The notes under the pieces were generated by a model. The model had not been told where the DNA came from, did no database searches, and was given only the letters and a program-made list of their open reading frames with translations. This document shows positions 1-13,886 of a stretch of 64,000 nucleotides of DNA, in pieces. The stretch is taken from NCBI GenBank assembly GCA_051294375.1, contig CM119268.1, forward strand, positions 23,261,762-23,325,761, in the 5' to 3' direction. This DNA is from Paraspadella gotoi (lineage: Eukaryota; Animalia; Chaetognatha). Position numbers and translations under genes: made by a program. Numbering within the stretch: the stretch's first letter is position 1; every line of letters starts with the position of its first letter.

Positions 1-459
1 TATATCGTGAAGACATGAAGTGAGCTGAAGAGTGCTATCCGCAACTTCTTTGACCCCTTCTAGCAGCCATGGAACGGGTCCTGGGCTTGGAACCAGGCTT
101 GAGAGTTTTCTAGGCCCCCAAAGCGCTTTATGGCCGTCCACACGCTTCCCAAATGGTAGTTACCAATGGGGATAAATCCCGAAATATAATGTTCATGAGC
201 TGATGGTGGCTCAATGAGCCACCGAGTCATGACTGAATATTTCATGCTAATAGGTGGGGTGAACTTTTAGAAATGCCCGACTACAATTACGAGGTCAATC
301 CTTTGGTTCAGAATAAGATCAATATTTTGGTCGATTGTTTGAAAGATCATTGGGTCAGTACCATTGGTCAACTTTCCAGTTTATTGCCTCAATGAGGTTA
401 CAAGAAGTAAAAGTTTACTAAAGCGGTGCCAGGTCATACTTGCTCATGCTTGTACTCAC

Positions 460-2509
460 GAGTGTTGAGTATGAGACGAACTAAAAAGGACATGGGCTCT
501 CTCATAGTCGCTATAGTTTGACGCTTAAAGATCTCGCCAACCTGTCAAAAAAACAAACAAAAAAAAACAGAAAGGCTATTCAAACATCTAGATGTTTTCT
601 TTTACATATGTAAATTGCAATATGTAGCCAAACGTTACCAGGCTAAACTCTCACCTGCCGATTGAACAATAGGTATTTTTTGCAACACGACAACTTGACT
701 TTGTTATCCCGAAAATTAGCCGATCCTGGCGAATTGATTAGATCATCAATGTCCTGAAAAAAGAATCAAGTTCTCAGCGATGCATTTATAGATGTATTTC
801 TCTCTTTCTCTCTCTTTCTCTCTCTCTCTTTCCATCCCTCATATTTCTCAAAGCATCTGTCTAATGTCAACACATCTGTCTAATGTCAATGCCCCTGTCT
901 AATGTTAACGCACCTGTCTAATGTCAATGCTCCTGTCTAATGTCAACGCACCTGTTTAATATCAACGCACCTGTCTAACGTCAGCGCATTTGTCTAATGT
1001 CAACGCACCTGTCTAATATCAGCGCATTCTTTGCTGCTCTCAAAAGCCTCCGTCAATTTCTGAACTCTTTCGCGACACTGATCCTCTTTGCCAGGAATCA
1101 CGGCCAAAGTGAAGATGTAATGATCGGCCGGGTTGTATGCCTGAGGGCACGGAAACCCCGCCCGTTGAAAGGCAGCCATGCAGTCGACGGTAGAGCCGAT
1201 GAAGGCGCACCTCCCTTCGGCCATGATGCAAATCTGTGTTTGTAGAGATTGAGACGACTAAATGTTGCAAAATATTGCTAAATATTGCTAAATATTACTC
1301 TAAAAAAACAGAGGCGTTCATTTAAGCTTTACCTAATTCCAAAATTAAAAGAAGCACATCAGGTCAAAACTTAAAGAGGCACATATGTTCAAATGAAAAT
1401 TAGGCCGATGAGTTCAAAAATAAAAGAAGCAAACCTAATTGCACATTTTTTGGTCAAAATTCACCACCTGATCGAATAGTTCAAAAGTCTCTGAACTGGG
1501 CTGATGGATTGTGCAGAGTATCGTTCGTCCCGTCGCAGCGTAAGTCTTCAAGACTTTGACGAGGGATCTCGCCATGAAAGAATCCAAACCGGAAGTTGGT
1601 TCATCACAAAAGATGAGCGTCGGTTTGGTTAGGATTTCAGTGGCAAAGGCCAATCGCTTGGCCTCACCACCAGATATGCCTGTGGCAGAGATTGATCAGG
1701 ATAAAATATGGATGTACAATGATGATATTAACAACATGAAAAACTGAAACTGAAAAACAAGTCAGGGGAAAGACCATATAACAACGATCCATATAAAATT
1801 ATCCATTCATTTAATAAATAAGCAATCTTGCCCCTGACATTGGACAGGCTATGGTGGTTTAAGGCCTCCATCACTCTAACAAGGCAATAACATAGCAAAA
1901 CTCTGTAAGCTTTCAATCAAGACTCTTACACAGTCTCGGTTATTCACTCCCAGTGTACCCGGCTTGTTTACCAATGTAGCGTGGTAATATTTTCAATTGT
2001 ATAAAAGGACCAAGCAATAGATTGGGGAATGCATTACTCCACACTAGCATCGAAATACAGGCTGAATTTTATGAAATTGGTGCAACCAATATTATTTTTA
2101 CCTTGCAAAGACAGATGGTAGAGTCTGAGAATTTAATTGATAATTAATGTTATTGGCTGCCAAAATGGGACAAATTTGAAAAGGCCACTCATCCTATTGA
2201 TTTCGCATCACCCTTTGACACAAAGCAAGCGTCCCTTTTCGTATTCCAATTATTCAATCACCTCGCCGCCTCGGATTCCAAACTCCTTACCTTTGGTAAG
2301 TCCAGGTTTTCCAATCTTCACATTTTCACACTTTTTGAGTCCCATCTGTCGCATCACGCTCTCCACTCTCTTCTTCCTCTCACTCCTCTTTTCCTTCTTC
2401 ATTCTCAGATGAGCGTGGAAGAGAAGATGCTCCTTGACTTTGAGTCCGCCCATGAAGATATCGTCTTGTTGCACGAAGACGGAATTGTTGCACATGTCAT
2501 TTTGGTCGA
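460..2509 (-). CDS. Gene A, cleanest copy of the NBD and linker exons; 3' part lies left of the window
   Basis: Exons 2291-2509 ([19 protein letters not shown]), 1468-1679 ([35 protein letters not shown]...TIHQPSS), 1009-1233 ([14 protein letters not shown]), 655-753 and 460-541 ([24 protein letters not shown]). All have canonical splice sites. CDEPT and YNPAD motifs are typical of White/Scarlet. Confidence 0.92.
853..1028. repeat. 19-bp minisatellite (~9 units) overlapping a gene A splice donor
   Basis: Unit GCACCTGTCTAATGTCAAC; on the minus strand it reads GACATTAGACAG|GTGCGTT. Confidence 0.92.
1791..1965 (+). repeat. Unclassified ~170-200 bp interspersed repeat family
   Basis: Starts TATAAAATTATCCATTCATTTAATAAATAAGCTATCTTGCCCCTGAC and continues to ...AAGGCCTCCATC...CAGTCTCGTTTATTCACTC. 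Diverged or truncated copies at ~4805, ~14716, ~27097, ~46228-46333 (-), ~48644, ~53660 and ~61274-61432 (-), plus copies within duplicated segments. Confidence 0.8.
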
Positions 2510-2699
2510 CTGGAGGAGGAGGAGAGGGTTTAAAGGAGGGAGAGAACCTTTTTTTTTTACTTGGGACAAGGATTAAGACGTAATAGACGTTCTTATTGTC
2601 TTTTATTACATTCATTTATACATTCAATCATATGATTCATTCATAATTTTATATGATTCAATCATTCAATTAATTAATTAATTAATTAATTAATTAATT

Positions 2700-2972
2700 G
2701 GCACTGTTTTTCAAAAGCGCCCCTTTTCTATTCCTAATCCTTGAACTTAATTTTACTCTAAGTCTCTAATTTTATTTTCTAATCCTAAATCCTAATCTTC
2801 AACAAAAACTTAAATCATATCCTTAACTCTAATCCCTATCCTTAATCTACCCTAATCCCTATCCTTAATCTACCCTAATCCCTATCCTTAATCTACCCTA
2901 ATCTTTGAACCAAAAAACTAAATTTATTCCTAGATTTAAGCTAAAAAGGGGCGCTTTTGGCAAAAAAAGTCG
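2700..2972. mobile_element. Small MITE-like element with telomere-like (CCTAAT/CCCTAA) internal repeats
   Basis: Inverted repeat CAAAAGCGCCCCTTTT (2712-2727) / AAAAGGGGCGCTTTTG (2944-2959) enclosing a tandem CCCTATCCTTAATCTACCCTAAT. Also at ~10270 and ~19000 in the duplicates. Confidence 0.55.
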
Positions 2973-3561
2973 GCTTTTTTGGTTTATCTAGATGGGGTTC
3001 ATTTCATTGACCGTTTTTGATAAAAAGGATGTAGAATCAAAAATGAGGCCAGTACCATTTGTACCATTTGGGTTTAGGCTGATTCTTCAGTGATGGAACG
3101 AGACAAGAAAAGCCAAACAATGTGCAATTAGGACAACGAGGTGAAACAAAAAAAACAAAAAAAACAAAAGAACAAAGTGTTTCTTTTTTTTTTGGGGGGG
3201 GGGTGGGTTTAGAAAGGAAAAGAAAAAGAAAAAAAAGAAGAAAATAACCGTTTTTGATCCACTTAGCAAAAGAGAGGGTTGTATTATTGTATTTTCTTAT
3301 CTCAATTAACATTTGTTTTTATAACGCACTTAAATCTAATTAAAAAAAAAATTATCACGTACACTAATTTTATTTTGTATCAATTTTTGTTGTAAAATTA
3401 TTCATTTTATTTTATTTTGTCATATTTTTAATTCATTTTTAAACACCCTATTACTTATTTTCTCCATTTTGCAGAATTTCGACACCTTAACTTTTCGAGA
3501 TCCCGCCCAGTATTTCCATTCGTTGTCTTCAATCCCCTTGAGGAAAATAATCTCATTCTGA

Positions 3562-3598
<37 letters not shown>

Positions 3599-3626
3599 CT
3601 TTCTTTCTTTCTTTTCTTTCTTTCTC

Positions 3627-3673
<47 letters not shown>

Positions 3674-4571
3674 GACTTTTCTCATTTTCGGTTCGATTGT
3701 CCGTCTGTCTGTCCGCCCTGCATACAGATTTGTCGGGACTTAACCTTAAAACTAGACATTAGTGAAAAAAAGCAGAGAGAGATCGAGCGACCGACCTACC
3801 GACCGAGCGAAATAAGAAATGAAAAGCAAAGTTTAAAAAGAACATAAATAGTTTTTTCTTTAGTCTTTTAGACTTTCTTGTTCTTAACTTTAATGAAAAT
3901 TTTGTGATTTGAAAACTTCAGGTGTCGGTTGACCACAAGAATGTTAAAATTTAAAATTACAAAAACACAACTAATAATAAAACGAATAAAATATTAGCCG
4001 GAAGAAAAATATCACAAATTAAAATATGAGAAATTTGAAGCAGGGGAACAGGAAAACACGATACGATTAAAGCCGTTTAGCCTTACCGGCCAACAATATA
4101 AATCACAACGAACAATGAAAGAATAATTAATAAATATGTAAATGGTCACTTTAAAAATGAATTTACTCCTAAACGTCTCCCTCCCTNNNNNNNNNNNNNN
4201 NNNNNNNNNNNNNNNNNNNNNNNNNNNNNNNNNNNNNNNNNNNNNNNNNNNNNNNNNNNNNNNNNNNNNNNNNNNNNNNNNNNNNNNNNNNNNNNNNNNN
4301 NNNNNNNNNNNNNNNNNNNNNNNNNNNNNNNNNNNNNNNNNNNNNNNNNNNNNNNNNNNNNNNNNNNNNNNTTACTTTTCTCATTTCCTTTTCCTATCCT
4401 CTCCTTTCTTTCATCTACCTCTCTTTCTCTCTCTCTCTTCCCGTTCTCTTCCTCTCTCCTCTTATTACATTCCTTCCTCTGACTCTTCTCTATTCTCCAC
4501 TCTTTCTCCCTCTTACTCCTCTCCATCTCTCTCTCCTCTTTCCTCCNNNNNNNNNNNNNNNNNNNNNNNNN

Positions 4572-7500
4572 GAGAGGAGAGAGGAAGGGAGAGAGGGGGA
4601 AGGAAAGGGAGAGTTTCAATATGCAAAATTCAGAGGTAAAAAAGTTGTTAATTTTAAGTATTTTATATTTCAAGTATTTTATTGAAAAAAAATAAAGTTT
4701 GTAAAATAAGTATTTTAACTAAACAAACCGATCATCTTTTTTCTAATGAATTATTTTGAACGGCTAATTTTTTTTTCAAAAAAATATATGAATTTGTTCG
4801 ACCATATAAAAATTATCCATTATTTAATAAATAAGCTATCCTGTCCATGACTTTGGATATTACTCTTGTTGGTCTTAAGGCCTCCAATCACTCTTTTACA
4901 ATGATAATGACATAGCCAGGTCATGACCTTCTCACAACAGTCTCGTTTTATTCACTCCCAGATCGGAGCCTTCCTATCATGAATTGGTATTGTCAAGAGA
5001 TGTTTCAATATTTATGAAAACTTTCCCGTTTGGTTTTTCTTACGCTTGTGATTGTGATGAAATGTCATCTTTAGACTTAACTCAACCTGTGAATCTTACA
5101 CTTGTGAATGTGAATATGAATTTGGAATGTTGAATTCGTCTTGTGAAATGTGGATAAAATGTCTTTCTTTAGACCTAATTCACCTCCACATTGGCTTTCA
5201 TTCCCGGATTTTGGTCATTAGCTTTTTCCCTCTCAGTTGATTGAAATCTGAACGAAAGCATTGTTTGAGTTTAGGGTCATTCCCTTCATCCGCCAGGTTC
5301 GCATGGAGCGTCAAGTCGCGTCGTAGATGGCACGACATCTTCAGTTCTCGACAGGGGAAATAGTAAGAAGTAGGACATGTACTGCGAAATGTGAAAGAGG
5401 ATAAAATATGGTCATGTAGTCATTTGGGCTTTATATATTCCAAGAACGCCACAATTTTATCTTAAACTGTCGAAATTTGGTTATTTTTTAAAAGATTGAG
5501 TTAAAGGTGAAGGATATGTTTGGGAAAGGGATCTGGTAGTGACTGAGGGGGATAAGATTTTCGTTAGGGCTTCAGTGGTTATTAGGTTAGAGTCTAGGGT
5601 TAGGGAATGGGTGGTTAGGAATTAGTGTTTACGGGATTGGTTTAGGTAAACGTTAGAAATATTTTTAGGGTAAAATAGTTAAAGTAAAAATAATTCTCCC
5701 GAAAAACTTAGAAGGAGGTATTTTTGCGAATAATATGAGCCAACGATGTTTTTTTGTTATTTGGTATTTAATTTTCTAAGTTTTTAATCGGTCAGGCTAT
5801 GGGATTAAGTTAGGAGTTTTTGGTTTAGGTACAAGATTTGGTGTTAATTATTAAGGCTTAAGAATAGAGCGATAAGAATGGTATTTCTGCTATTAGGGTT
5901 AGGAATAAAGGTTAAGAATTAAGAGTTTAAATTACGTATTGATTAAAAGATTAGGTTTAAAACATTCAAACATTTTCCAAATATTGAACATACAATATTC
6001 CTATAGAATGGTACATGACCATTGTAAAACAGAAAATTATCCTGAAGTGTATCATAGTTAAATAATGAAAAGGCTATCTTGCACTGGACTTTTACTGTTT
6101 TTCTCACCAACGCTGAACACTTTTAGATAATGACTGGAATGTCCATCAACGACGATGAGGGAATGCACGCTGAACAAGCAGTGAGATTGTCAAGGATAAT
6201 GGGGCGTGCACCAACAGACAGCCGCCACGTTGGAACGAGTTGGAGAGACTCGAGGCAAAGAAGACCACATGAGAATTGCAACGGCAGCGACCATCAGGTT
6301 TGGTGGCCAAGGATGAAAGGATAAACGGCGGAAGTGGTCGATGCTGGCCGACCTTGAGAGATTTGGGTATGAAAGCTGAGAATATTAACCACTGGGCACC
6401 CTTGGCGTCTCAACCCTGATTTAATTTTACACCTATCCAATCAATCTTAACTCTCAATCTTTCAGTTTTATTCATTTCCCTGTATTTTCCGCCTCATACT
6501 ATCATCCAATACTATTTTACACCTTATAAATTGAAATCAGAATCCCAGTCCCCTTAATGCCAATTTTGTAAATTCCTGTCCCAAAATGTAATCCCCTTAA
6601 TCCTTTTGTATCAATAGTCCCGCCGAAAATGTAATTCCCCTTATCCTATTAATTGGTCAAAATGAACCCCTATCCCATTTTGTTCTTCGCCAAAATGTAA
6701 TTCCCCCTTATCCATTATTGTAAATCATTTTGTCCAATTATCCCTACCGATCCTTCCCAAAATGTAATTCCCCTTATTCATTATGTACATTACGGCCATC
6801 CAAATCCAAAAATCCATTTTAAAATAATCCAAATTCACTAAAATCCAGGTTCCTTCTAAATCGCAAATTCCCCCTCTCTACTACCACTTTACCGAGCGGA
6901 GGTCGACTAGGTTTCCTTGAGAAGACCACCAAGTTAGATAATGTTGATGATCGATCATCGAAGGTGACAAAAAAATCTCAAGAGAACAAGAAAGTGAAGA
7001 TGGCGAATGTAAGTAAACTACCGTCTAGTAGACTCCGCCTTAAAGAATAAATCATCTGGATGAGGAGAAACAGTCTTATTTCCAAGCTTTCCTTTAATCT
7101 CTTCATTGTGTAGTAAGTAATTTATTCGTTGCATTTGAAATAATTATAATGAAGAATTTAAATTTTATAATAATTATTATACTATTATATTACTATCTCT
7201 GAACCGCATAACGTCATATATCTGAATCAGATATATAAAAGACCTACTCTTAGATGGCTTTGATTCGCTAATCAGTTGCACTCAACAGCGTGCCCATCTT
7301 ACACACTGAATCACAGACATGCAATGTGTGTCAGGAATCAAAACGATGAAGCAGCAATGATGGTAGCTGGTGGAGACGCAGGATAGTGATGTGTGTAAGA
7401 GAGCCCCGGGAATGCTCTGCTGGGGCCGCTCACTTTGCGGAAGTCAATGTTGGAACCACGGGTGATTCCAATGATAAGACTCAGGACTGTGGAATAAAAA

Positions 7501-10500
7501 TTAAATGGTGGTGTAGCTTATATAATATATCGTGAGCTGAGGAGTGGATGAGATGCTTCCGACACTTCTTTGACCCCTTCTAGCAAGCCATGGAACAGGA
7601 GTTCACTGGAGCGTATAGGACAGGCTTCGAGGTATATCTCAGGCCCCAAAGCGTTTATGGCCGTCCACCAGCTTCCCAAATGGTAGTTACCATGGGGATA
7701 AAATCCCGAAAATATAAATGTTCATGAGCTGATGGTGTCCTAAATGGAGCCACCGAGTCATGACTGAATATTTCATGCTAATAGGTGGGGTGAACTTTTT
7801 AGAAATGCCCGACTACAATTACGAGGTCAATCCTTTGGTCAGAATAAGATCAATATTTTTGGTCGATTTGAAAGATCATTGGTCAAGTACCATTGGTCAA
7901 CTCTTCCAGTTTATTGCCTCAATTGAGGTTACAAGAAGTAAAGTTTACTAAAGCGGTGCCAGGTCATACTTGCTCATGCTTGTACTCCGAGTGTTGAGAT
8001 GAGACGAACTAAAAAGGACATGGGCTCTCTCAATAGTCGCTATAGTTTGACGCTTAAAGATCTCGCCAAACTGTAAAAAAACAAACAAAAAAAAACAGAA
8101 AGGCTATTCAAACATCTAGATGTTTTCTTTTACATATGTAAATTGCAATATGTAGCCAACGTTACCAGGCTAAACTCTCACCTGCCGATTGAACAATAGG
8201 TATTTTTTTGCAACACGACAACTTGACTTTGTTATCCCGAAAATTAGCCGATCCTGGCGAATTGATTAGATCATCAATGTCCTGAAAAAAGAATCAAGTT
8301 CTCAGCGATGCATTTATAGATGTATTTCTCTCTTTCTCTCTCTTTCTCTTCTCTCTCTTTCCATCCCTCATATTTCTCAAAGCATCTGTCTAATGTCAAA
8401 CACATCTGTCTAATGTCAATGCCCCTGTCTAATGTTAACGCACGCTGTCTAATGTCAATGCTCCTGTCTAATGTCAACGCAACCTGTTTAATATCAACGC
8501 ACCTGTCTAACGTCAGCGCATTTGTCTAATGTCAACGCACCTGTCTAATATCAGCGCATTCTTTGCTGCTCTCAAAGCCTCCGTCAATTTCTGAACTCTT
8601 TCGCGACACTGATCCTCTTTGCCAGGAATCACGGCAAAGTGAAGATTAATGATCGGCCGGGTTGTATGCCTGAGGGCACGGAAACCCCGCCCGTTGAAAG
8701 GCAGCCATGCAGTCGACGGTAGAGCGATGAAGGCGCACCTCCCTTCGGCCATGAATGCAAATCTGTGTTTGTAGAGATTGAGACGACTAAATGTTGCAAA
8801 ATAATTGCTAAAATATTGCTAAATATTACTCTAAAAAAAACAGAGGCGTTCATTTAAGCTTTACATAATTCCAAAATTAAAAGAAGCACATCAGGTCAAA
8901 ACTTAAAGAGGCACATATGTTCAAATGAAATTAGGCCGATGAGTTCAAAAATAAAAGAAGCAAACCTAATTGCACATTTTTTGGTCAAATTCACCACCTG
9001 ATCGAATAGTTCAAAAAGTCTCTGAACTGGGCTGATGGATTGTGCAGAGTATCGTTTCGTCCCGTCGCAGCGTAAGTCTTCAAGACTTTGACGAGGGATC
9101 TCGCCATGAAAGAATCCAAACCGGAAGTTGGTTCATCACAAAAAGATGAGCGTCGGTTTGGTTAGGATTTCAGTGCGCAAGGCCAATCGCTTGGCCTCAC
9201 CACCAGATATGCCTGTGGCAGAGATTGATCAGGATAAAATATGGATGTACAATGATGATATTAACAACATGGAAAAACTGAAACTGAAAAACAAGTCAGG
9301 GGAAAGACCATATAACAACGATCCATATAAAATTATCCATTCATTTAATAAATAAGCAATCTTGCCCTGACATTGGACGGCTATGGTGTTTAAGGCCTCC
9401 ATCACTCTAACAAGGCAATAAATAGAAACTCTGTAAGCTTTCAAATCAAGACTCTTTACACAGTCTCGGTTATTCACTCCCAGTGTACCCGGCTTGTTTA
9501 CCAATGTAGCGTGTAATATTTTCAATTGTATAAAAGGACCAAGCATTAGATTGGGGAATGCATTACTCCACACTAGCATCGAAATACAGGCTGAATTTTA
9601 TGAAATTGGTGCAACCAATATTATTTTTACCTTGCAAAGACAGATGGTATGAGTCTGAGAATTTAATTGATAATTAATGTTATTGGCTGCCAAAATGGGA
9701 CAAATTTGAAAAGGCCACTCATCCTATTGATTTCGCATCACCCTTTGACACAAAGCAAAGCGTCCCTTTTCGTATTCCAATTATTCAATCACCTCGCCGC
9801 CTCGATTCCAAACTCCTTACTTTGTAAGTCCAGGTTTTCCAATCTTCACATTTTCACACTTTTTGAGTCCCATCTGTCGCATCACGCTCTCCACTCTCTT
9901 CTTCCTTCTCACTCCTCTTTTCCTTCTCATTCTCAGATGAGCGTGGAAGAGAAGATGCTCCTTGACTTTGAGTCCGCCCATGAAGATATCGTCTTGTTGC
10001 ACGAAGACGGAATTGTTGCACATGTCATTTTGGTCGACTGGAGGAGGAGGAGAGGTTTAAAGGAGGGAGAGAACCTTTTTTTTTACTTGGGACAAGGATT
10101 AAGACGTAATAGACGTTCTTCTTGTGCCAAATGTTAGGTGACATTCATTCCATACACACACTTCATTAGTCTTTTTACATATTTATACATTCAATCATAT
10201 GATTCATTCATAATTTTATATGATTCAATCATTCAATTAATTAATTAATTAATTAATTAAATTAATTGGCACTGTTTTTCAAAGCGCCCTTTTTCTATTC
10301 CTAATCCTTGAACTTAATTTTACTCTAAGTCTCTAATTTTATTTTCTAATCCTAAATCCTAATCTTCAACAAAAACTTAAATCATATCCTTAACTCTAAT
10401 CCCTATCCTTTAATCTACCCTAATCCCTATCCTCTAATTCTACCCTAATCCTATCCTTTAATCTACCCTAATCTTTGAACCAAAAAAACTTAAATTTATT

Positions 10501-11130
10501 CCTAGATTTAAGCTGAAAAGGGGCGCTTTTGGCAAAAAAACGTCGCTTTTTTGGTTTATCTAGATGGGGTCATTTCATTGACCGTTTTTTGATAAAAGAA
10601 TGTAGAATCAAAAATGAGGCCAGTACCATTTGTACCATTTGGGTTTAGGCTGATACTTCAGCGATGGGAACGAGACAAGAAAAGCAAACAATTGTGCAAT
10701 TAGAAAACAACGAGGTGAAACCAAAAAAAAAACAAAAAAACGAAAAGTGTTTCTTTTTTTTTGGGGGGGGGGGTGGGTTTAGAAAGGAAAAGAAAAGAAA
10801 AAAAAGAAGAAAATAACCGTTTTTTGATCCACTTAGCAAAAGAGAAGGTTGTATTATTGTATTTTCTTATCTCAATTAACATGTTTTTATATACGCACTT
10901 AAATCTAATTAAAAAAAAATATTTATCACGTACACTAATTTTATTTGTATTCATTTTTGTTGTAGAAATTATTCATTTTATTTTATTTTGTCATATTTTT
11001 AATTCATTTTTAACACCCTATTACTTTTTTCTCCATTTTGCAGAATTTCGACACCTTAACTTTCGAGATCCCGCCCAGTATTTCCATTCGTTGTCTTCAA
11101 TCCCCTTGAGGAAAATAATCTCATATCTGA

Positions 11131-11190
<60 letters not shown>

Positions 11191-11225
11191 TTCTTTCTTT
11201 CTTTCTTTTCTTTCTTTCTTCTCTC

Positions 11226-11271
<46 letters not shown>

Positions 11272-11318
11272 TTCTTTCTCTCTCTTTCTCTTTTCTTACT
11301 CTTCTCTCTTTTTTTACT

Positions 11319-11355
<37 letters not shown>

Positions 11356-11859
11356 GACTTTTCTCATTTTCGGTTCGATTGTCCGTCTGTCTGTCCGCCC
11401 TGCATACAGATTTGTCGGACTTAACCTTAAAACTAGACATTAGTGAAAAAAAGAAAAGCAGAGAGAGATCGAGCGGACCGAACCGCGAAATAAGAAATGA
11501 AAAGCAAAGTTTAAAAGAACATAAATAGTTTTTTCTTTAGTCTTTTAGACTTTCTTGTTCTTAACTTTTAATGAAAATTTTGTGATTTGAAAACTTCAGG
11601 TGTCGGTTGACCACAAGAATGTTAAAATTTAAAATTACAAAAACACAACTAATAATAAAACGAATAAAAATATTAGCCGGAAGAAAAAATATCACAAATT
11701 AAAATATGAGAAATTTGAAGCAGGGGAACAAGAAAACACGATACGATTAAAGCCGTTAGCCTTACCGGCCAACAATATAATCTACAACGAACAATGAAAG
11801 AATAATTAATAAATATGTAAATGGTCACCTTTAAAAATGAATTTACTTCCTAAACGTCT

Positions 11860-11939
<80 letters not shown>

Positions 11940-12081
11940 TCATTTAACTGCATTTCTGTGTATCTCATGCTCCAGCACCCCACCTTTTTATACGTTACAG
12001 CATTTACGGATTATCTCTATTCTATTTTCGTTATTATCCATTTCGTTCGGAATATCTCTTCTCTCTCCTCTCTCTCTCTCT

Positions 12082-12128
<47 letters not shown>

Positions 12129-12573
12129 TTCAGGTTATCTCGAATCCGCTTATGGTTTATGGCTACAATAATAAACCGACAAAAGCAAAGATGCCAATCT
12201 TCTTCTTTTCCTCCCTTCCTCTCTTAACCCCTTAACTTACTTTTCTCATTTCCTTTTCCTTCTCTCTCCTTTCTTTCATCTACCTCTCTTTCTCTCTCTC
12301 TCTCTTCCCGTTCTCTTCCTCTCTCCTCTATATTACATTCCTTCCTCTGACTCTTCTCTATTCTCCACTCTTTCTCCCTTCTTATCCTCTCGCATCTCGT
12401 CTCTCCTCTTTCCTCCCCACCCCCCTCTCTCTCTCTTTCTCTCAATCTCTTCTCTTCTTTCTCCTCTTTCTCTCTCTCTCTCTCTTTTTCTCTCTCTTCC
12501 CCTTGTCTCTCTCTCTTCTTTTTCCTCTCTCTCCCCCTCCTCCCACCCCTCCCTCTCCCTCTTCTCTCTCTCT

Positions 12574-12610
<37 letters not shown>

Positions 12611-13262
12611 GAATATCTAGATGAAACTGGATAATTTCTCTTCTTTATGAGACAAGAGGAACCAAAACGTTTGTTTCTTCCGAAGAAAAATTCAGAAGCC
12701 AACAATTTTTAGTTGCGTCGCGAGTATAAGTCAGTTTTCGGTCGATCGGTCGATCTGATGGAACAATAATAATAACTTGGTCTTGGCTAATGATACTCCC
12801 TTTGGTTGCTCTTTTGTTATTTTTGCGCATAGAACATTGGAATCTCGGCGACTGATAGCGTCCCCTTTCATTTTTAAAGGAAACAGAATTCGGATGCAGT
12901 GGATGTCCAACGCTCACATGATGTCACCATAAAAAAGTCACTGCGGAGCAAAACTTTGGAATTTCCCTTCTTTGCTCTTTGTTTGTTTCGTCTGGTTTTG
13001 TTTTGTTAATTTGTTTTTTATGTATTCATTCATTTCTTCAATAATTCATTCACACATTCATTGATTAATTTGTTTCTTCCATATGTTCATTCATTCATTC
13101 ATTCATTCATTCATTCGTTCATTCGTTCATTTATTCACTCATTGTCTACATTTAATTTTTTTTTTACATTCTTTATTAATATTTTTATTAATTTTTCAAT
13201 CCACCCATCCCTCTCCATTCCTTCCCACCCAATTACATCCCTCTCCCCCTAATTACATCCCT
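4572..13262 (-). pseudogene. Frameshift-riddled partial duplicate of gene A (Q-loop exon to penultimate exon); probably an assembly artefact rather than a true pseudogene
   Basis: Colinear with 13288-22160. It starts with the same sequence as 13288 after a 25-N gap and ends at another 25-N gap. Differences are mostly 1-bp indels. Walker A, the 5' exons and the last exon are absent. Confidence 0.7.
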
Positions 13263-13886
13263 NNNNNNNNNNNNNNNNNNNNNNNNNGAGAGGAGAGAGG
13301 AAGGGAGAGAGGGGGAAGGAAAGGGAGAGTTTCAATATGCAAAATTCAGAGGTAAAAAAGTTGTTAATTTTAAGTATTTTATATTTCAAGTATTTTATTG
13401 AAAAAAAATAAAGTTTGTAAAATAAGTATTTTAACTAAACAAACCGATCATCTTTTTTCTAATGAATTATTTTGAACGGCTAATTTTTTTTTCAAAAAAA
13501 TATATGAATTTGTTCGACCATATAAAAATTATCCATTATTTAATAAATAAGCTATCCTGTCCATGACTTTGGATATTACTCTTGTTGGTCTTAAGGCCTC
13601 CAATCACTCTTTTACAATGATAATGACATAGCCAGGTCATGACCTTCTCACAACAGTCTCGTTTTATTCACTCCCAGATTTCTGGGCTTCCCTATCATGA
13701 ATTGGTATTTTTTCAAGAATGTTTCAATATGTTATGAAAATTCCCTTTGGTTTTTCTTCGCTTGTGATTTGTGATAAATTGTATCTTTAGACTTAACTCA
13801 CTGTGAATTTCACTTGTGAATGTGAATATGAATTTGAATGTTAGAATTCGCTCTTATGTGTAATGTGGATAAATGTCTTTCTTAGA

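Noticed and set aside
206-224. Perfect palindrome GGTGGCTCA-A-TGAGCCACC as a terminator or ncRNA
   Set aside because: It is an isolated intronic hairpin with no U-tract or snoRNA boxes recognised, and it is imperfect in the other assembled copies.
853-1028. Short regular repeats (also 53890, 55657, 60800) as CRISPR arrays
   Set aside because: Units are head-to-tail with no unique spacers. The context is a eukaryotic intron and there are no cas genes.
4572-13262. A genuine family of frameshifted pseudogenes, or programmed frameshifting
   Set aside because: Indels are copy-specific, occur equally in introns and exons, and the copies end at 25-N gaps. Long-read error is a better explanation.
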